Below, one piece after another: positions 1 to 14,165 of a DNA stretch of 55,440 nt (the stretch's first letter is position 1; each line of letters opens with the position of its first letter). Location of the stretch: NCBI RefSeq assembly GCF_006345805.1, contig NW_021833758.1:1-55440 (forward strand), given 5' to 3'. This DNA is from Octopus sinensis. Lineage: Eukaryota. A program made the position numbers and the translations under genes. A model generated the notes under the pieces. The model saw only the letters and a list, made by a program, of their open reading frames with translations, ran no database searches and was not told the DNA's origin.

Positions 1-290
1 GTCCCACTCAAAACACTTTTTGTCATTTTTTTTCCTTCCCTGGGATTCCTCAGCCTGTTTACTCGATTCCCATGACGTCCCAATGTCTTTCCCTGTAGGC
101 CTCAAGGTCAATAATGTTGATGGAAGCCGGCAAGTCGTTTATATCGACCACAACACTTGATCGCTACCGAATGTTATCGATTGGGAATGGATGCAAAAGC
201 AACTCTGAAAATAAGGATTCGTAGGATATGCGGCTAAGCATTTTTTTGTCACACATGACTCTGCCTGTTCGCAGCAGTTGGTTTTATATA

Positions 291-642
291 TTACTAGCAC
301 TATCGCCCGGCGTTGCTCGGGTTTGTTTCGACCCTTTAGAATTGGAATTTTTGAAAAGTAAAAATTTTGCATTATGTAGCTTGTTATTCTCTTTAAGTGA
401 ACATTTTTCTGGTTGAAATACACCAAGAAATGGTGACACAGCAGTAAAAAAATCGTAAAAAATAAGGAATTTCATAGAAAAAAGCACCTTTTGATGTAAA
501 TATTTTTGGGTGTTAACCTGGTCCGATTTGAATTGTTTTTGTACTCTCAATTTTGGTCAACTTGCGCCGCAGGGTCTCGGAGGAGATAGTGTTAGTTGAA
601 GGCTACCAACACAGACTACTTCAGCTTTATATATAGAGAGAT
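291..642 (+). mobile_element. Non-autonomous Helitron/Helentron-like (HINE/DINE-1/Lep1-type) element
   Basis: Begins TTACTAGCACTATCGCCCGGCGTTGCTCGGG (ACTAG plus GC-rich hairpin) and ends ACACAGACTACTTCAGCTTTATATATAGAGAGAT, resembling termini of non-autonomous rolling-circle elements. No TIR or TSD seen. Single copy here, so the call rests on terminal motifs only. Confidence 0.45.
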
Positions 643-1271
643 TAAATACATTTTGACTCGGCTCCACTTTGCGGTCTTAGAGCGCGTCCACATATTCAGA
701 CGTGGCTACAAACAGAATTTAAAGGAAACATCAAATGTCTTCCAGATGAGAGTATTTAACCTTGGACTTTTCCATTCGAGGGACAGTGTTGGGTTTTGCT
801 ATTAAAGTGACATTGGTTTGTTTTTTATTGGTGTATCTACACGACACGTAAGTATGTCGGCGTCACTTTCTCAGAATTTTACAATATACGAAACTTGAAT
901 GTCATCAGCTATTTGCACAGAAAACTGCATCTTTTTTGAGGCAGATATGATGTGGCCGTCCGTCAGTAGGAAATAGATATTTCAGCGACAATTGGTATCA
1001 AATGGAAACGTAATCGATTTCAGAGTGTCTGATTATATACACGTTCATTTTATCGACGTGCGTAATAGATTGTTATCAAGTGAGGTTTATTCTGGTTATC
1101 ATCTCACGATATCTTAAATCACGAAAATTCCAACAAACGAAATAGAACCTTGAGCATTCCTAAGCGGGTTAGAGGAATATCATTAAACAAAGGTAAAATT
1201 TCGTCATCGTTCAAATCTTACCCGAATTTAGGGTGCTGCTGATGCTTATGTTTGCTTGAGTTTTTTAAACC

Positions 1272-1474
1272 TTTACTCTTTTACTCTTTTACTTGCTTCA
1301 GTCATTTGGCTGTGGCCATGCTGGAGCACCGCCTTTAGCCGAGAAAATCGACCCATGACTTACTCTTTGTAAGCCTAGTACTTATTCTATCGGTTTCTTT
1401 TGCCAAATCGCTAAGTTACGGGGATATAACACACCAGCATCGGTTGTCATGCGATGTTGGGCGGACAAACACAG

Positions 1475-1509
<35 letters not shown>

Positions 1510-1680
1510 CATATATACGACAGGCTTCTTTCAGTTTCCGTCTACCAAATCCACTCACAAGGTTTTGGTCGGCCCGAGGTTATAGTAGAAGACACTTGCC
1601 CAAGGTGCCACGCAGTGGGACTGAACCCGGAACTGTATGGTTGGTAAGCAAGCTACTTACCACACGTCACTTCTGCGCCT
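1272..1680 (-). mobile_element. tRNA-derived SINE, family A (full length)
   Basis: Minus strand reads AGGCGCAGAAGTGACGTGTGGTAAG (A-box-like), GGTTCAGTCC (B-box-like), CCTTGGGCAAG (CORE-like), an internal (TA)/(TG) tract and a (GAGTAAAA)n tail. Closely similar to copies at 6.1, 8.4, 29.0, 31.6 and 50.9 kb. Confidence 0.88.
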
Positions 1681-2493
1681 AACAAGAAAAGCAAATATAT
1701 ATTCGTCTGTATGAGCAAACATTGGATGACCAGAGTTGCTTGTTCTATTTTCCGTATTTTTATACCATTTGCTTGATGGGTTGTAAATCCATTGACATTT
1801 TTTTAAATGAAATGTACTGTGTGGTCAACTTGTATTTGTATACTTGCTGTAATCTGTCGTAACTTGAGTTTCTGCAAATAATTTTTTCCAGGACTTTTTG
1901 TTTAGGCTCTGTGTTTCTTTATAACATGATAATGGGAGGATGCTTGACCCCTTTCTTGCTACTCCCTCCTAGCCCCTGCAAACCTTCAACATTCGCTGCA
2001 AGATGTCTCTTCCATGTAGCTTGAGATGGTCTTTCTCCATTTTGTCCCCCCGAATACTTCAACGCTCGTTCCGCAATTTGCTCCAGAAATGGTTATTTGG
2101 CAACTAAATATATGTTTTCAACTGGAAATCAAGCATTTGAAAGAAATAAAAGTAAACACCCATTGAGAAAGCTACAAACTGATGTCGCAAACAGGGTTTT
2201 GGGTGACACAAACAAACCTCAAATGTTTGAAAAAAGAAAGCGAAGTGAAATAGAGAAAAACAACCAACGATCAGAGTATTTATAAGCTTAATCAAATGTG
2301 ACTCTACTTCTCCCAAATATAACAGATAAACACACTGACACAAACATAACACACATACATACACACAAACGCACACGAGTACTCGCATATTCATGTGTAC
2401 ATACATATGTGTATGTAGTATGTATATATAATAATAATAATAATAATATAATAATAATAATAATAATAAAATAATAATAATAATAATAATAAT

Positions 2494-2615
2494 GATATTA
2501 GGGATTATATCCAAACTTACAGGGAAAAATTAGATTTAGGATTAAATCAAATTTCACAGTATAAATATGAATTAAATTAGAGATAAAACCACTATTAGGC
2601 AACTCAAGCAGTGAT
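2494..2615. repeat. Unclassified dispersed repeat, copy 1 of 2 (other at 16144-16275)
   Basis: TATTAGGGA.TA.ATCCAAACTTACAGGGAAAAATTAGATTTAGGATTAAATC...AGATAAAACCACTATTAGGCAA is shared with 16144-16275. Both copies are preceded by (TAA)n. Confidence 0.75.
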
Positions 2616-2835
2616 ATACATAAACAATACATAAATAACAAAAAACATAAATATGATTAATATAATATATAATATATATATAAAATATAAAATTTAAATT
2701 TAAATTTTAAGTTAAAATTTTTTTTTATTCTATATTCATATATATATATTATATATTATATTTATATTTTTTATTTATGTATTGTTTATGTCTATCACTG
2801 CTTGAGTTGCCAAGAGTGGTTTATCCTAATTTAAT

Positions 2836-3008
<173 letters not shown>

Positions 3009-3831
3009 GCTGAATTATATAAAAAAAGATATGTTTCCTGTCCTGTGAAATGACGGATAAGCATTTTGTGTGTTCAGCCTCGGTGTCATAGACGGATTGT
3101 CGCAAAGAGGGGAGAGTTTGTAGCTGACATGTATCTTTGAAGTTGCTGCGTATCTACATAACTTGAAACATCAGAAATCGCTGTAATCAAATATATTTCG
3201 TGCATTACAATGTTGAAAATATACATTTTGTACTTTTATATGACAATATAATTGCAAGTGAATCATAACTTGCAATTATGATGTTGATATTGTTTGCACC
3301 GTATATTTATTGTTGGTCTTTGTTTTTAATGAAGTCTAAGCACTTGATTTTCACTTACATTTATCTGATTTGCGTTCTGAACGACAAATTTCTATATATA
3401 AGCTCCTCTGTGTGGGGGATATAAATGTGTGTGTGTGTGTGTCATTGCATACATAAACACATAAACTCCCACACAAACACACCACACACATATATTGTGG
3501 TATTTATCAGCTTAGTAAGGTATAGGAAAAAAAACTCAGACACGCATAAATATCGACGCCAGATATATACACAGACACAGACAAATACAGAAGTACATAC
3601 ACATACAAACTTATTTTCCTTTGTAGGATTATAGACAGAATGAGAGAATTTTAGGGAAAATAGATAGACGTTTAGATAAATTGATATCAAACGGATAGAC
3701 ATAGATTTTTTTAACGGCGAATCAGAGATAGGTGGAACAGCTAGAGCTGTATAATGTGATAAAGTTATATACATACTTTTTATCATCCTTTTCTATATAG
3801 ATATTGGAAGAGGAATGGTAGAATAAACTTG

Positions 3832-4135
<304 letters not shown>

Positions 4136-4139
4136 TTAA

Positions 4140-4332
4140 TCCAAACATGAAAACACAACAACGCGAGGACGTGGAACAAGTATAGTATTATTGGACGTTC
4201 AGGAAAGGAAAGAAAGAAGGAGGATTTATCGTTTCGAGCGAAGATCTTCGTCAGGAACATAGGAAAAGAAACATCCAAGGAAGGGAAGACAGAGGAAAAA
4301 AAATCGCCAACGATACAGACGCGGTCACATTT
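4140..4332 (-). mobile_element. Penelope-like terminal repeat (pLTR) fragment with degenerate hammerhead motif
   Basis: Homologous to 43665-43872, flanked by (TA)n, and contains a hammerhead core on the minus strand. Confidence 0.55.
4224..4258 (-). ncRNA. Minimal type-I hammerhead ribozyme motif (degenerate)
   Basis: Minus strand GUUC-CUGACGA-A-GAUC(UUC)GCUC-GAAAC-GAU-AAAU. The CUGANGA box is intact, but stem II has a mismatch and U16.1 is replaced by A, so it is probably inactive. Confidence 0.5.
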
Positions 4333-4347
4333 TGAATGTATATATAT

Positions 4348-4380
<33 letters not shown>

Positions 4381-4425
4381 GCATGAAAATTCTCACACAT
4401 ACATACCGACTCTCAAATATACATG

Positions 4426-4469
<44 letters not shown>

Positions 4470-4857
4470 TGTGTATGAGTGAGTGTGTGTGTGAGGGAGT
4501 GCGTGTGCACACAGATGTGTGTATAAAGTTTTAGTGTAATGAAATATATGGAATCATAGAATCGGATGGCTATCACAGAAATCTCCTCCAGCGGAGTCGG
4601 CTAGCAAACCACATAGTAATCCATAAGAAGTTCAATGCAGAGATTCATGCAACTGGAATCCAGGAAATCCGATCGATGGAATTATCTAATATAAACTCTA
4701 AAATGTCAGTAGGTATGAGAGGAGGATATATGTGTGTGTATCTGTTTGTGTGTCTGTGTTTGTAACCAGTCTTCAATGCGTAAAAATCATTTCAGTAAAT
4801 TATGACCTGATATCTGCACTAATATGCATACTCGGCTTTATACAGTATAACTCTATA

Positions 4858-5268
4858 TTGAGCTGACAGACAGGTTAGCGCGCCGGGCGAAATGCTTAGC
4901 GGTATTTCGTCTGTCATTACGTTCTGTGTTCAAATTTCGCCGAGGTCGACTTTGCCTTTCATCATTTCGGGATCGATAATTAAAGTAACAGTTATGCACT
5001 GGGATCGATGTAATCGACTTAATTCCTTTGTCTGTCCGTGTTTGTCTTCTCTTTGTTTAGCCCCTTGTGGGTAGTAAAGAAATAGGTATTTCGTCTGTCA
5101 TTACGTACTGAGTTCAAATTCCGCCGAGGTCATCTTTGCCTTTCATCCTTTCAGGGTCGATAATTAAAGTAGCAGTTTCGCACTGGGGTCGATGTAATTG
5201 ACTTAATCCCTTTGTCTGTCCTTGTTTGTCCCCTCTGTGTTTAGCCCCTTGTGGGCAATAAAGAAATA
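4858..5268 (+). mobile_element. SINE family C, head-to-tail dimer
   Basis: Unit 1 at 4858-5084 and a headless unit 2 at 5085-5268, joined at AAAGAAATA|GGTATTTCG. GAGTTCAAATTCC is B-box-like. Confidence 0.8.
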
Positions 5269-6103
5269 TATATCCACGAATTAATGCAAAGGAAGGTAGC
5301 TCTTCAGTAAACCAGAACAACATAGTTTCACCAACGATTTATACTCTTATGTGTGTACCTGTGTGCGTGTTGGTGTGCGTGTAGGTACTGTGTACAAAGG
5401 AATCCATGTATTTTTTATGCATATTCTTGTATTCATAAAAATATTATCAAATAGGTGCAAAGATTGATGATTGAGCAAAGATTCGTGTTTCGTTTTGAGG
5501 CCTCTGTACTTTGAAATGTTTGGTGTCCCACTTGATATTTTGTGAGTAGGTATATGTGGAGGAAACTTGCGAAAATGGAATCACAGATTGCTGCAATTCG
5601 CTTACTAGAATAACGAGTAAGCATTGTTTACATTTGCTCAAAAATTTACCATCTTAATAGTCCGGGTGTTCTGTATCTTTCTCTTCGAAATTCCACAGGC
5701 ATTTTACCGGAGAACATACCCCACCAAGGGCAACACTTCTGAGTTGTTTGGGAAGCAATCATTTTATCAGTCAATAGTACGAAATCCATTGAGCTAGGTG
5801 ATTCCTTTGATTAAGTTCTTAATCAAAGACATAGACTGTTGCGAGAGGAAAAGAGATGATAGCGTGACAAAAACAATAGTTCGAAGACGACAACGAACGG
5901 AGGAGCACCAAAATTACAGACACAGCTGTAATTACAGTATAAGCCGCACAATGAATGGAAAGCACGTCATTGGAGTTCATTTTTTCGTTTGAAGTCGATG
6001 GAAACTTCCCAATAAATCGGATTGTTTTTATGCATTCTAATTTGTTTCATGCTCTTTTTCCCATTTATGATCGTTAATGTATCATTGGTGTTAGTTGTAC
6101 ATT

Positions 6104-6505
6104 CTTTTACTCTTTTACTTGTTTCAGTCATTTGACTGTGGCAATGCTGGAGCACCGCCTATAGTCGAGCAAATCGACCCCAGGACTTATTCTTTGTAAG
6201 CCTAGTACTTATTCTATCGGTCTCTTTTGCCGAACCGCTAAGTAACGGTGACGTAAACACACCAGCATCGGTTGTCAAGCGATGTTGGCGGGACAAACAC
6301 AGACACACAAACAGATACACACACATATATATACATATATACGACGGGCTTCTTTCAGTTTCCGTCTACCAAATCCACTCACAAGGCTTTGGTCGGTCCG
6401 AGGCTATAGCAGAAGACACTTGCCCAAAGTGCCACGCAGTAGGACTGAACCCGGAACCATGTGGTTGGTAAACAAGCTACTTACCACACAGCCACTCCTA
6501 CACTT
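6104..6505 (-). mobile_element. SINE family A
   Basis: Same structure as 1272-1680. Confidence 0.88.
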
Positions 6506-7087
6506 GTAAAAAAAAATAGTGTTTCAAGGTCGATGCAAATTTTGCAGTAATGAAGGTCAATACTTCCCAACGCTGTTTTCATTAGACATTGTCGATGAGA
6601 TATCACCAGAAGCGATCGGCAGTGATATATGGAGATACCAATATGCAGAGGTTTTGAGGATCTAAGTCGAATTTTGTGGGAATAAAGCGGGTGAGTTTGA
6701 AATAATATGTGATAAATATATAAACTGATTTTGTAGGTGTCGTATGAAAAGAAATCACATCCTTTCTTTTCAATTATAGAATGTTTAACTGATCAGCTTT
6801 TACGACTGTCCCTTTGGTTTTATGTGACATCTCTAGGTTGAGTGTGGATGATAACTGGATGCTCGAGGTTAAGTATCTTACGAAAGTAATATTATCGACA
6901 GCCTGTTACCAACCTGCTAGAAATAACAGCAGGTTGGTATTAAAAAGTGGTGTGTGTGTGTGATGTAACCAAGGCTTTGGGTACACTGGATTAGGTGAAG
7001 GATTCCGTGATTGAGAAATTCACCTCCAAGTTGCTACTATCAAGCAAATTCCAAAATGGTGTGTGTGTCTATTTATATTATAAATGC

Positions 7088-7125
<38 letters not shown>

Positions 7126-7331
7126 TGTTGTAGATCTGTCTGAAATGCACTGCATAAGCAGTCCCTCATCCCAAATCTTGCCTTCTTTCTCTCGTCCTCT
7201 TCTCGGTCCTGTACAGATATTCGTCCAAGAGGTGGATCTTTATGTAACATTCCAGAATGCGGGTCTGTAGAATTTTCCAGCAATGGTTGTTTCTCAATAA
7301 CGTTGACTACCACTATTATCGGTTTGTTTTA

Positions 7332-7374
7332 TATAGATAGAGACAGACAGACAGACAGACAGATAGAGAGAGAG

Positions 7375-7472
<98 letters not shown>

Positions 7473-7485
7473 AGCGAGAGAGAGA
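7332..7485. repeat. (GATA)n/(GACA)n/(GA)n compound microsatellite
   Basis: Direct reading. Confidence 0.97.
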
Positions 7486-8440
7486 TAGCAAATGCTTCAC
7501 GACTAGATGATAGACTTTGGCGCCATAGAACACAGTTTTTCTTATTACAATGTTATACTGCTAAAACGTTTCATGGTTTATACTCAAAAAAAGGCATCAA
7601 AAATAAACGCTAAAATCTAAGGAATGGAAAGCTGAGTTGTCTAACTGTAAATTCGGTGCGGGGGTTACGTTTCTCACCTATTTTATTAATTCTGTCAGAA
7701 ATAAACATCACTTGTTTCTCTGAACTTTTGGGTGGTTGGGCGGCTGGGGTAGCGGTGAGGCCTTTTTGCTTGTTCTTTGGACTGGTTTGTAATGCAGTTA
7801 TTGATTCGATTATTCTTGTGTGTGGCTCTACATGTCATGGTTCTACTTCTTTTTCTTTTTTCCTTGTTGCTCTTGGTATTGTTGTCGATGCACTTTACTT
7901 TTACATTTCTTTTTCTATTCGCTGCTGTTGTTTTAACTAGAGTCGTCGATCAAGCCGCACACATTCAACGGCCTTCCAGAAGTGACGTCCCCATCATTTG
8001 TAGTATATGAATGATTAACTAAGTTATCTACTTTAACATTTGTTTTTTAAAGATGATAGAGGGACTTCATTATTCAGTTTGACAATATAACACGATTGCA
8101 AAGATATCTTCTATATAGAAGCGCCATCTATTCAGCGCTATTGTTGTTCTTCCTGTAGCTGTTATGGTATTCACTGACTCTCTAGATATCCTCTTTAGTT
8201 GTTATATTTGTTAAATGTTCTTGTTTTTTATGGTTCCAGGCTTCTTACATTAGCAGTGTTGCTAAGCATATCAGATGTTCCTTGTTGCTTCGTCTTGTTA
8301 TGCTTCATGGTTTTTTTCTTCCTTATGGCCCTACAATAAACAAAATGTTATTGAACCGAATACCAAACCAGACAGGAACATGTAAACTTTTAGTTAAAGA
8401 TGTTCCAAACATGTGTAGCGCATGCTTTGTCAGATATACA

Positions 8441-8853
8441 CTTTTACTCTTTTACTTGTTTCAGTCATTTGACTGCAGCCATGCTGGAGCACCGCCTTTA
8501 ATCGAATAAGTCGACCCCGGGACTTATTCTTTTTTGTAAGCCCAGTACTTGTTCTATCGGTCTCTTTTGCCGAACCGCTAAGGGACGGGGACGTAAACAC
8601 ACCAGCATCGGTTGTCAAGCAATGCTAGGGGGACAAACACAGACACACAAACACATACACACACACGTATATATATATATGCATATATACGACGGGCTTC
8701 TTTCAGTTTCCATCTACCAAATCCAATCAAAAGGCGTTGGTCGGCCCGAGGCTATAGTAGAAGACACTTACCCAAGGTGCCACGCAGTGGGACTGAACCC
8801 GGAACCATGTGGTTGGTTAGCAAGCTACTTACCACACAGCCACTCCTGCGCCT
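8441..8853 (-). mobile_element. SINE family A
   Basis: Same structure as 1272-1680. Confidence 0.88.
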
Positions 8854-9199
8854 AGTTTATCTTAGATATTATCTGTTTCGTTTATTTTTTTTATATAAGG
8901 CATCAGACTTATGTCAGACTTATGTCTGACATCAGAAGTTATGCCTGACATTTCGAACGAGCGGGTAGTGACTCCGTCCTCGATTCACTTACATGTAACC
9001 TGTAATACTGATGACTGAACTGGAATTAAGAATATATAGACCTAGGCTACAAAGTGAAAGGATAGGAAAATATTAGATTTATAAACCCTAAAATTCACTC
9101 CATAATTGCGCACGGACATATGGCGTGGTGGTTAAGAACGCGGGCTACTAACTCCAAGATTCCGAGTTATAATAATAATAATAATAATATAAATAATAA

Positions 9200-9365
9200 T
9201 AACATACCTTAGGAATGAGAACTCAGGTTCCAAATTTCCCCAAAACACCTGATGAAGGCTGGAAGATATATCAGCCGAAGCGTTGTGTTAACAACAAAAA
9301 GATGAGGATAAATATCTGTCAAATGTAAATAATGTGAATAATGTATATAATTCCTCAGAATGTGG
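9200..9365 (+). mobile_element. Penelope-like terminal repeat fragment (second family)
   Basis: Follows (TAA)n that interrupts a tRNA-like SINE head (9113-9170) and carries a hammerhead fold at 9244-9289. Confidence 0.5.
9244..9289 (+). ncRNA. Minimal type-I hammerhead ribozyme motif (A15.1>G variant)
   Basis: AACAC-CUGAUGA-A-GGCUG(10-nt loop)CAGCC-GAAGC-GUU-GUGUU. Stems I and II are perfect 5-bp helices; GAAA reads GAAG in this copy. Confidence 0.62.
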
Positions 9366-9967
9366 TTTCCAGTTATAACTAACGAATAACTGATCAATTT
9401 CTCATTAATATTTCCTCTTACAGCTATACGTACATCAACATTACAGAAACACACTTACATCTAGAGGGAGTAGATTCCTTCCTTTCAAGTTCATTTTTGT
9501 GAACATGTAACAGAGGTGAGAATATTCCGGAATGTCTTTCCAGTGGATCGTTTTGTAACCAATAAGCTAAACCCGTCAGAAATCTTACAAATGCTTGCGA
9601 CTAGTTTTCAAAATGGTGGGTAGAATTATATGTCAGTCATTTATATTAATCCCATTGCATTGTAAAGAAGTAGTGATATATTTTTCATTTATTTCCCTAC
9701 ATTACTAGTATTTACTATATGACACAGTGACCTGAAAGGTAAGCTGTTCTTGATATTAGGGATTGTTACGTAGTTATATGTAGTTCAGCCACGTGACTAG
9801 CAGCGTTCTGTCTCCCTCATATCATTGGAAATTGTGTAAATCAGTAACTAGAGAACGGTTAGTTAAGTGATTTTAAACTACCGCTTATGTCCTTCATCAT
9901 TGTTTCTTTCACTTCACCAATAGCCATGGTGATGCTGCGCAAAGAGAATACAAGAGTTACACAGTAG

Positions 9968-10170
9968 GTTCAGACGTGGCTGTTTGGTAAGCTAGCTTCC
10001 GAACAATATGGTTCCGACTTCAGTCCCACCGTGTGGCACCTCGAACAAGTTTCTTCTACTGTAGCCTCGAACCAACCAAAGCCTTGTCAGTGTATTTGGT
10101 AGACGGAAACTGAAAGAAGTCCGCCATATATATACACGTGTATGTGTGTGAGTTTATGTTCGCCTCCCCA
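9968..10170 (+). mobile_element. SINE family A, diverged 5' half
   Basis: GTGGCTGTTTGGTAAG...CTTCAGTCCCACCGTGTGGCACC...TTGGTAGACGGAAACTGAAAGAAG. Confidence 0.75.
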
Positions 10171-10173
10171 CCA

Positions 10174-10397
10174 CCTATTTCTTTACTACCCACAAGGGGC
10201 TAAACACAGAGGGGACAAACAAGAACAGACAAGCGGATTAAGTCGATTACATCGACCCCAGTGCGTAACTGGTACTTAATTTATCGACCCCGAAAGGATG
10301 AAAGGCACAGTCGACCTCGGCGGAATTTGAACTCTGAACGTAACGGCAGACGAAATACTGCTAAGCGTTTCGCCGGGCGTGCTAACGTTTCTGCCAG
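10174..10397 (-). mobile_element. SINE family C
   Basis: Reverse complement of the 4858 unit. Ends ...AAAGAAATAGGT, the start of the dimer junction. Confidence 0.82.
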
Positions 10398-11014
10398 CCC
10401 ACCACCACCACCACCACCACCACCACTCGACTACTGAAATCGACATCATCCAAAGTGTTCGTAATCCTTTTCTGACAGAGGGTGAATTAATGGAGACACA
10501 CCTGCTAATTCTACCAATTCCACTGAGCACAAAAATATACATTCAAAAGATCAAGAGATCTACAGTTGCTTAGTAATAGAGTCGTCATTAGGTCTAAAGT
10601 CTCGATATCAGATTATGCAATAGTTGTATACGTCACTGCAAGCTAAGCAAACCTCAAGAATCGGAAGTCAGATAAAAATACTGTGGAATCTATTCGAATG
10701 AGTAGTTACGAGCTCTATGGAGTTAAAAGTCTTTGTTTTAGATAAATTATGTAATAGTGAGAATATACCAACCAAAATCTCATTGGTTGCTTGACTGCTA
10801 TACTTGACCAATGAAGACGCCACCTATATTTACCTATATATATATATATATATAAGAATATTTAAGCAGGTGAATGAATTATCCTAGTATGGATAATTCG
10901 GTTAACCGATACCTGGGTCAGAAAACACGTCAGAAAACACGGTTGAAGCTACATGCCAAGGGCAAAACCCCGTCTTCCTGTGTGGAAATTTGTACGTTTT
11001 TTTTATATGAATAC

Positions 11015-11112
11015 ATGAAAAGAATGGAGTCGAACGAATATTTTAACAAAATTCCTTTACTTTCGAAAGTAAAGGAATTTTGTTAAAATCTTCGTTCGAC
11101 TCCATTCTTTTC

Positions 11113-11114
<2 letters not shown>
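11015..11114. repeat. 100-bp spacerless palindrome
   Basis: 50-bp arms centred on TTTC|GAAA (11064/11065) with one mismatch (11039/11090). Confidence 0.95.
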
Positions 11115-11200
<86 letters not shown>

Positions 11201-11208
11201 TATATTTA

Positions 11209-11288
<80 letters not shown>

Positions 11289-11306
11289 TATGTATGTATG
11301 TATATA
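11115..11306. repeat. (TA)n microsatellite
   Basis: Direct reading. Confidence 0.97.
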
Positions 11307-12031
11307 TGGAGATTGTTGAGAAGGAAGTATATTTACTTTGGTGAACGAGACAAGAAAATAGATCGAAGTGTATGATTGTGATTTGTCATCTGATTATCCG
11401 ACTTAAATAATTCCGACATAGAATCACACATCGACCTGCATATACTTATTACTCTGTTTGATACTGCCTTCGCCATGACTAATGTTTCTCTGGACAAAAT
11501 ATTCTCTCATATACACTATCTTTCTTTCGATATTTCCTTTCTCTTTTTCCTTTCTTTACTGCTCACCATTCCAGGAAGATATTCAACGTGTTTGATCAGT
11601 AAAAATAATTTGATATGCTCATAAAAATAACTGCTTTTAACAATAACAGCATTCACTACACAATGCCATAGACACAATTCTGTGTACAATAAAGATTCGG
11701 TTATGTCGAACGTACGAATAAATAGCCTTTTGTTATCTGAAAATGCCCGCTTCTGTTTACATGAAGATAAGCATCACGAAAGAATATTTCACTGATCATT
11801 GCATTGATTGATGAAATTATAAAACCGAGAGATATTAACCGGATTATTTTTATCTCCAATATTCTGATGAACTTTGTGTTAGATTCAAACCACTAATGTC
11901 GCGACAAAGTAAAAAAGAAAATTGCATTGGATATCTATCGGCCTGATATTAATGCGTTTCACAAAAGTAACATTTCATACTTTGTTTCATATTCAAAGTA
12001 GCCATTCTCAATGTATAAAGACACTGAGCTT

Positions 12032-12550
<519 letters not shown>

Positions 12551-12849
12551 GTTTACGCTTCTACAGATCCTTTTAATTTGTACGCCGCAACAATACACTT
12601 CACACTATTTGCTTATGTGTCCTTGACGGTCGATTAATTTCGTTCCCAGGTGATCTGAGTACATGACATTGATAAGGATAATAATGGCGAAATATCTGTA
12701 TCTACAACTCTCTGTTACTTCGGGGCGAAGATGCCTTTCCTGCTGTGGGATATTTAGTGTTCGTTAACACTTGGTGTCATGTATGGAGACCTTCCGGATC
12801 CTGTTTCTTTCTCTTAACGTTAAAAGCTACATAAATAAAATATTCCTGT

Positions 12850-13290
12850 GTATCTTAAGCAAGCATTTTCCTGAGAATATAAAACATTCAACAAGCGCTC
12901 AATACTGCCACAATATGATAAACATAATTACACTTTAGCGCCATCATGAGCCTACTCGCAATTGTAACTGTTGAGACCCAGGTAACTGTCCACTCGACCA
13001 ACCAGTGATGCATGATTAAGGCCGTCATATGTGAGGCAAAAGCTACCACATTGCTAGATGATAAAATAACTGAAAAGGAGAGTTCCATCGAGTTATGTGA
13101 AGGTGAATCCAGAAATTGCTACGTTTACGACTTATCTTTCTTCCAGTACAGTGTCAAAAATAAGCCACTAAGTTGGTCAGTCACACCACATACAATCAAG
13201 TGGGAAATAATTAAAAAGTCCACACCATATATCTACGGGGAAAGCTCATAGAACTAAGAACTCATTGCTGAATTCCAGATCTGATAATTT
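12850..13290 (+). mobile_element. Degenerate Penelope-like element ORF 3' part (GIY-YIG endonuclease region)
   Basis: Across stops and frameshifts it reads KHFP..YCHNMINII, CNC*DPGNCPLD, MIKAVICEAK, LCEGE..SF and IKWEIIKKSTPY. These match in order the PLE motifs CNC..CPL..C....VIY.A.V, YIG.CEG.FK.RY..H..SF and IKW.I.....PY. Confidence 0.7.
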
Positions 13291-13599
13291 CAGCGGATAT
13301 AATAACATTTAGAAATGTTCCTGTTGGGGAATTAGAAAATCCTACCCACTTCGGATTAAGCAGCCGTACGGCAGACTCTAAGCCTGTATCCATTCAGCCT
13401 TATGACTTTAGGGAGACATAAATATAACAGCCCCTTTATTTTCTCTTTCCTAATTTCCTTTTCCTTTCGTTTCCCGGTGTTTTCTATCTTCCAGCCTTTA
13501 CATCTACCTCTCGCCTATTCTCCTATTTTCTGTTAGTTTATCGTCCTCTTCTAGCATGTTTTGCCAGGTGGGCAGAGCCTGGGGATTGCATGAAGGGAC

Positions 13600-13705
13600 A
13601 AGACGTCTCATAAAATGCTCTCTGAGTTGTTTTCATCGTATTAAACTATTAGTTGTTCATAAAAATGTATACTGTCTTTATTAAATAATATTCACCTCCG
13701 ACAAG
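13600..13705 (+). repeat. About 105-bp direct repeat, copy 1 (copy 2 at 15822-15925)
   Basis: GAGTTGTTTTCATCGTATTAAACTATTAGT.GTT.ATAAAAATGTATACTGTCTTTATTAAATAATATT.ACCTCCGACAAGA is present twice. Confidence 0.85.
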
Positions 13706-13748
13706 ATGGAGTACATTTTTGTTCACATTACCTTCACGGAACAGTATA

Positions 13749-14165
<417 letters not shown>

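Noticed and set aside
1-205. WW-like (VVYIDHNT, +) and cadherin-like (VVVDINDLP, -) peptides
   Set aside because: Short matches interrupted by stops, lacking the other conserved residues; truncated by the window edge.
1750-2285. Possible decayed transposase C-terminus on the minus strand
   Set aside because: Multiple stops and no catalytic or cysteine-rich motif I can support.
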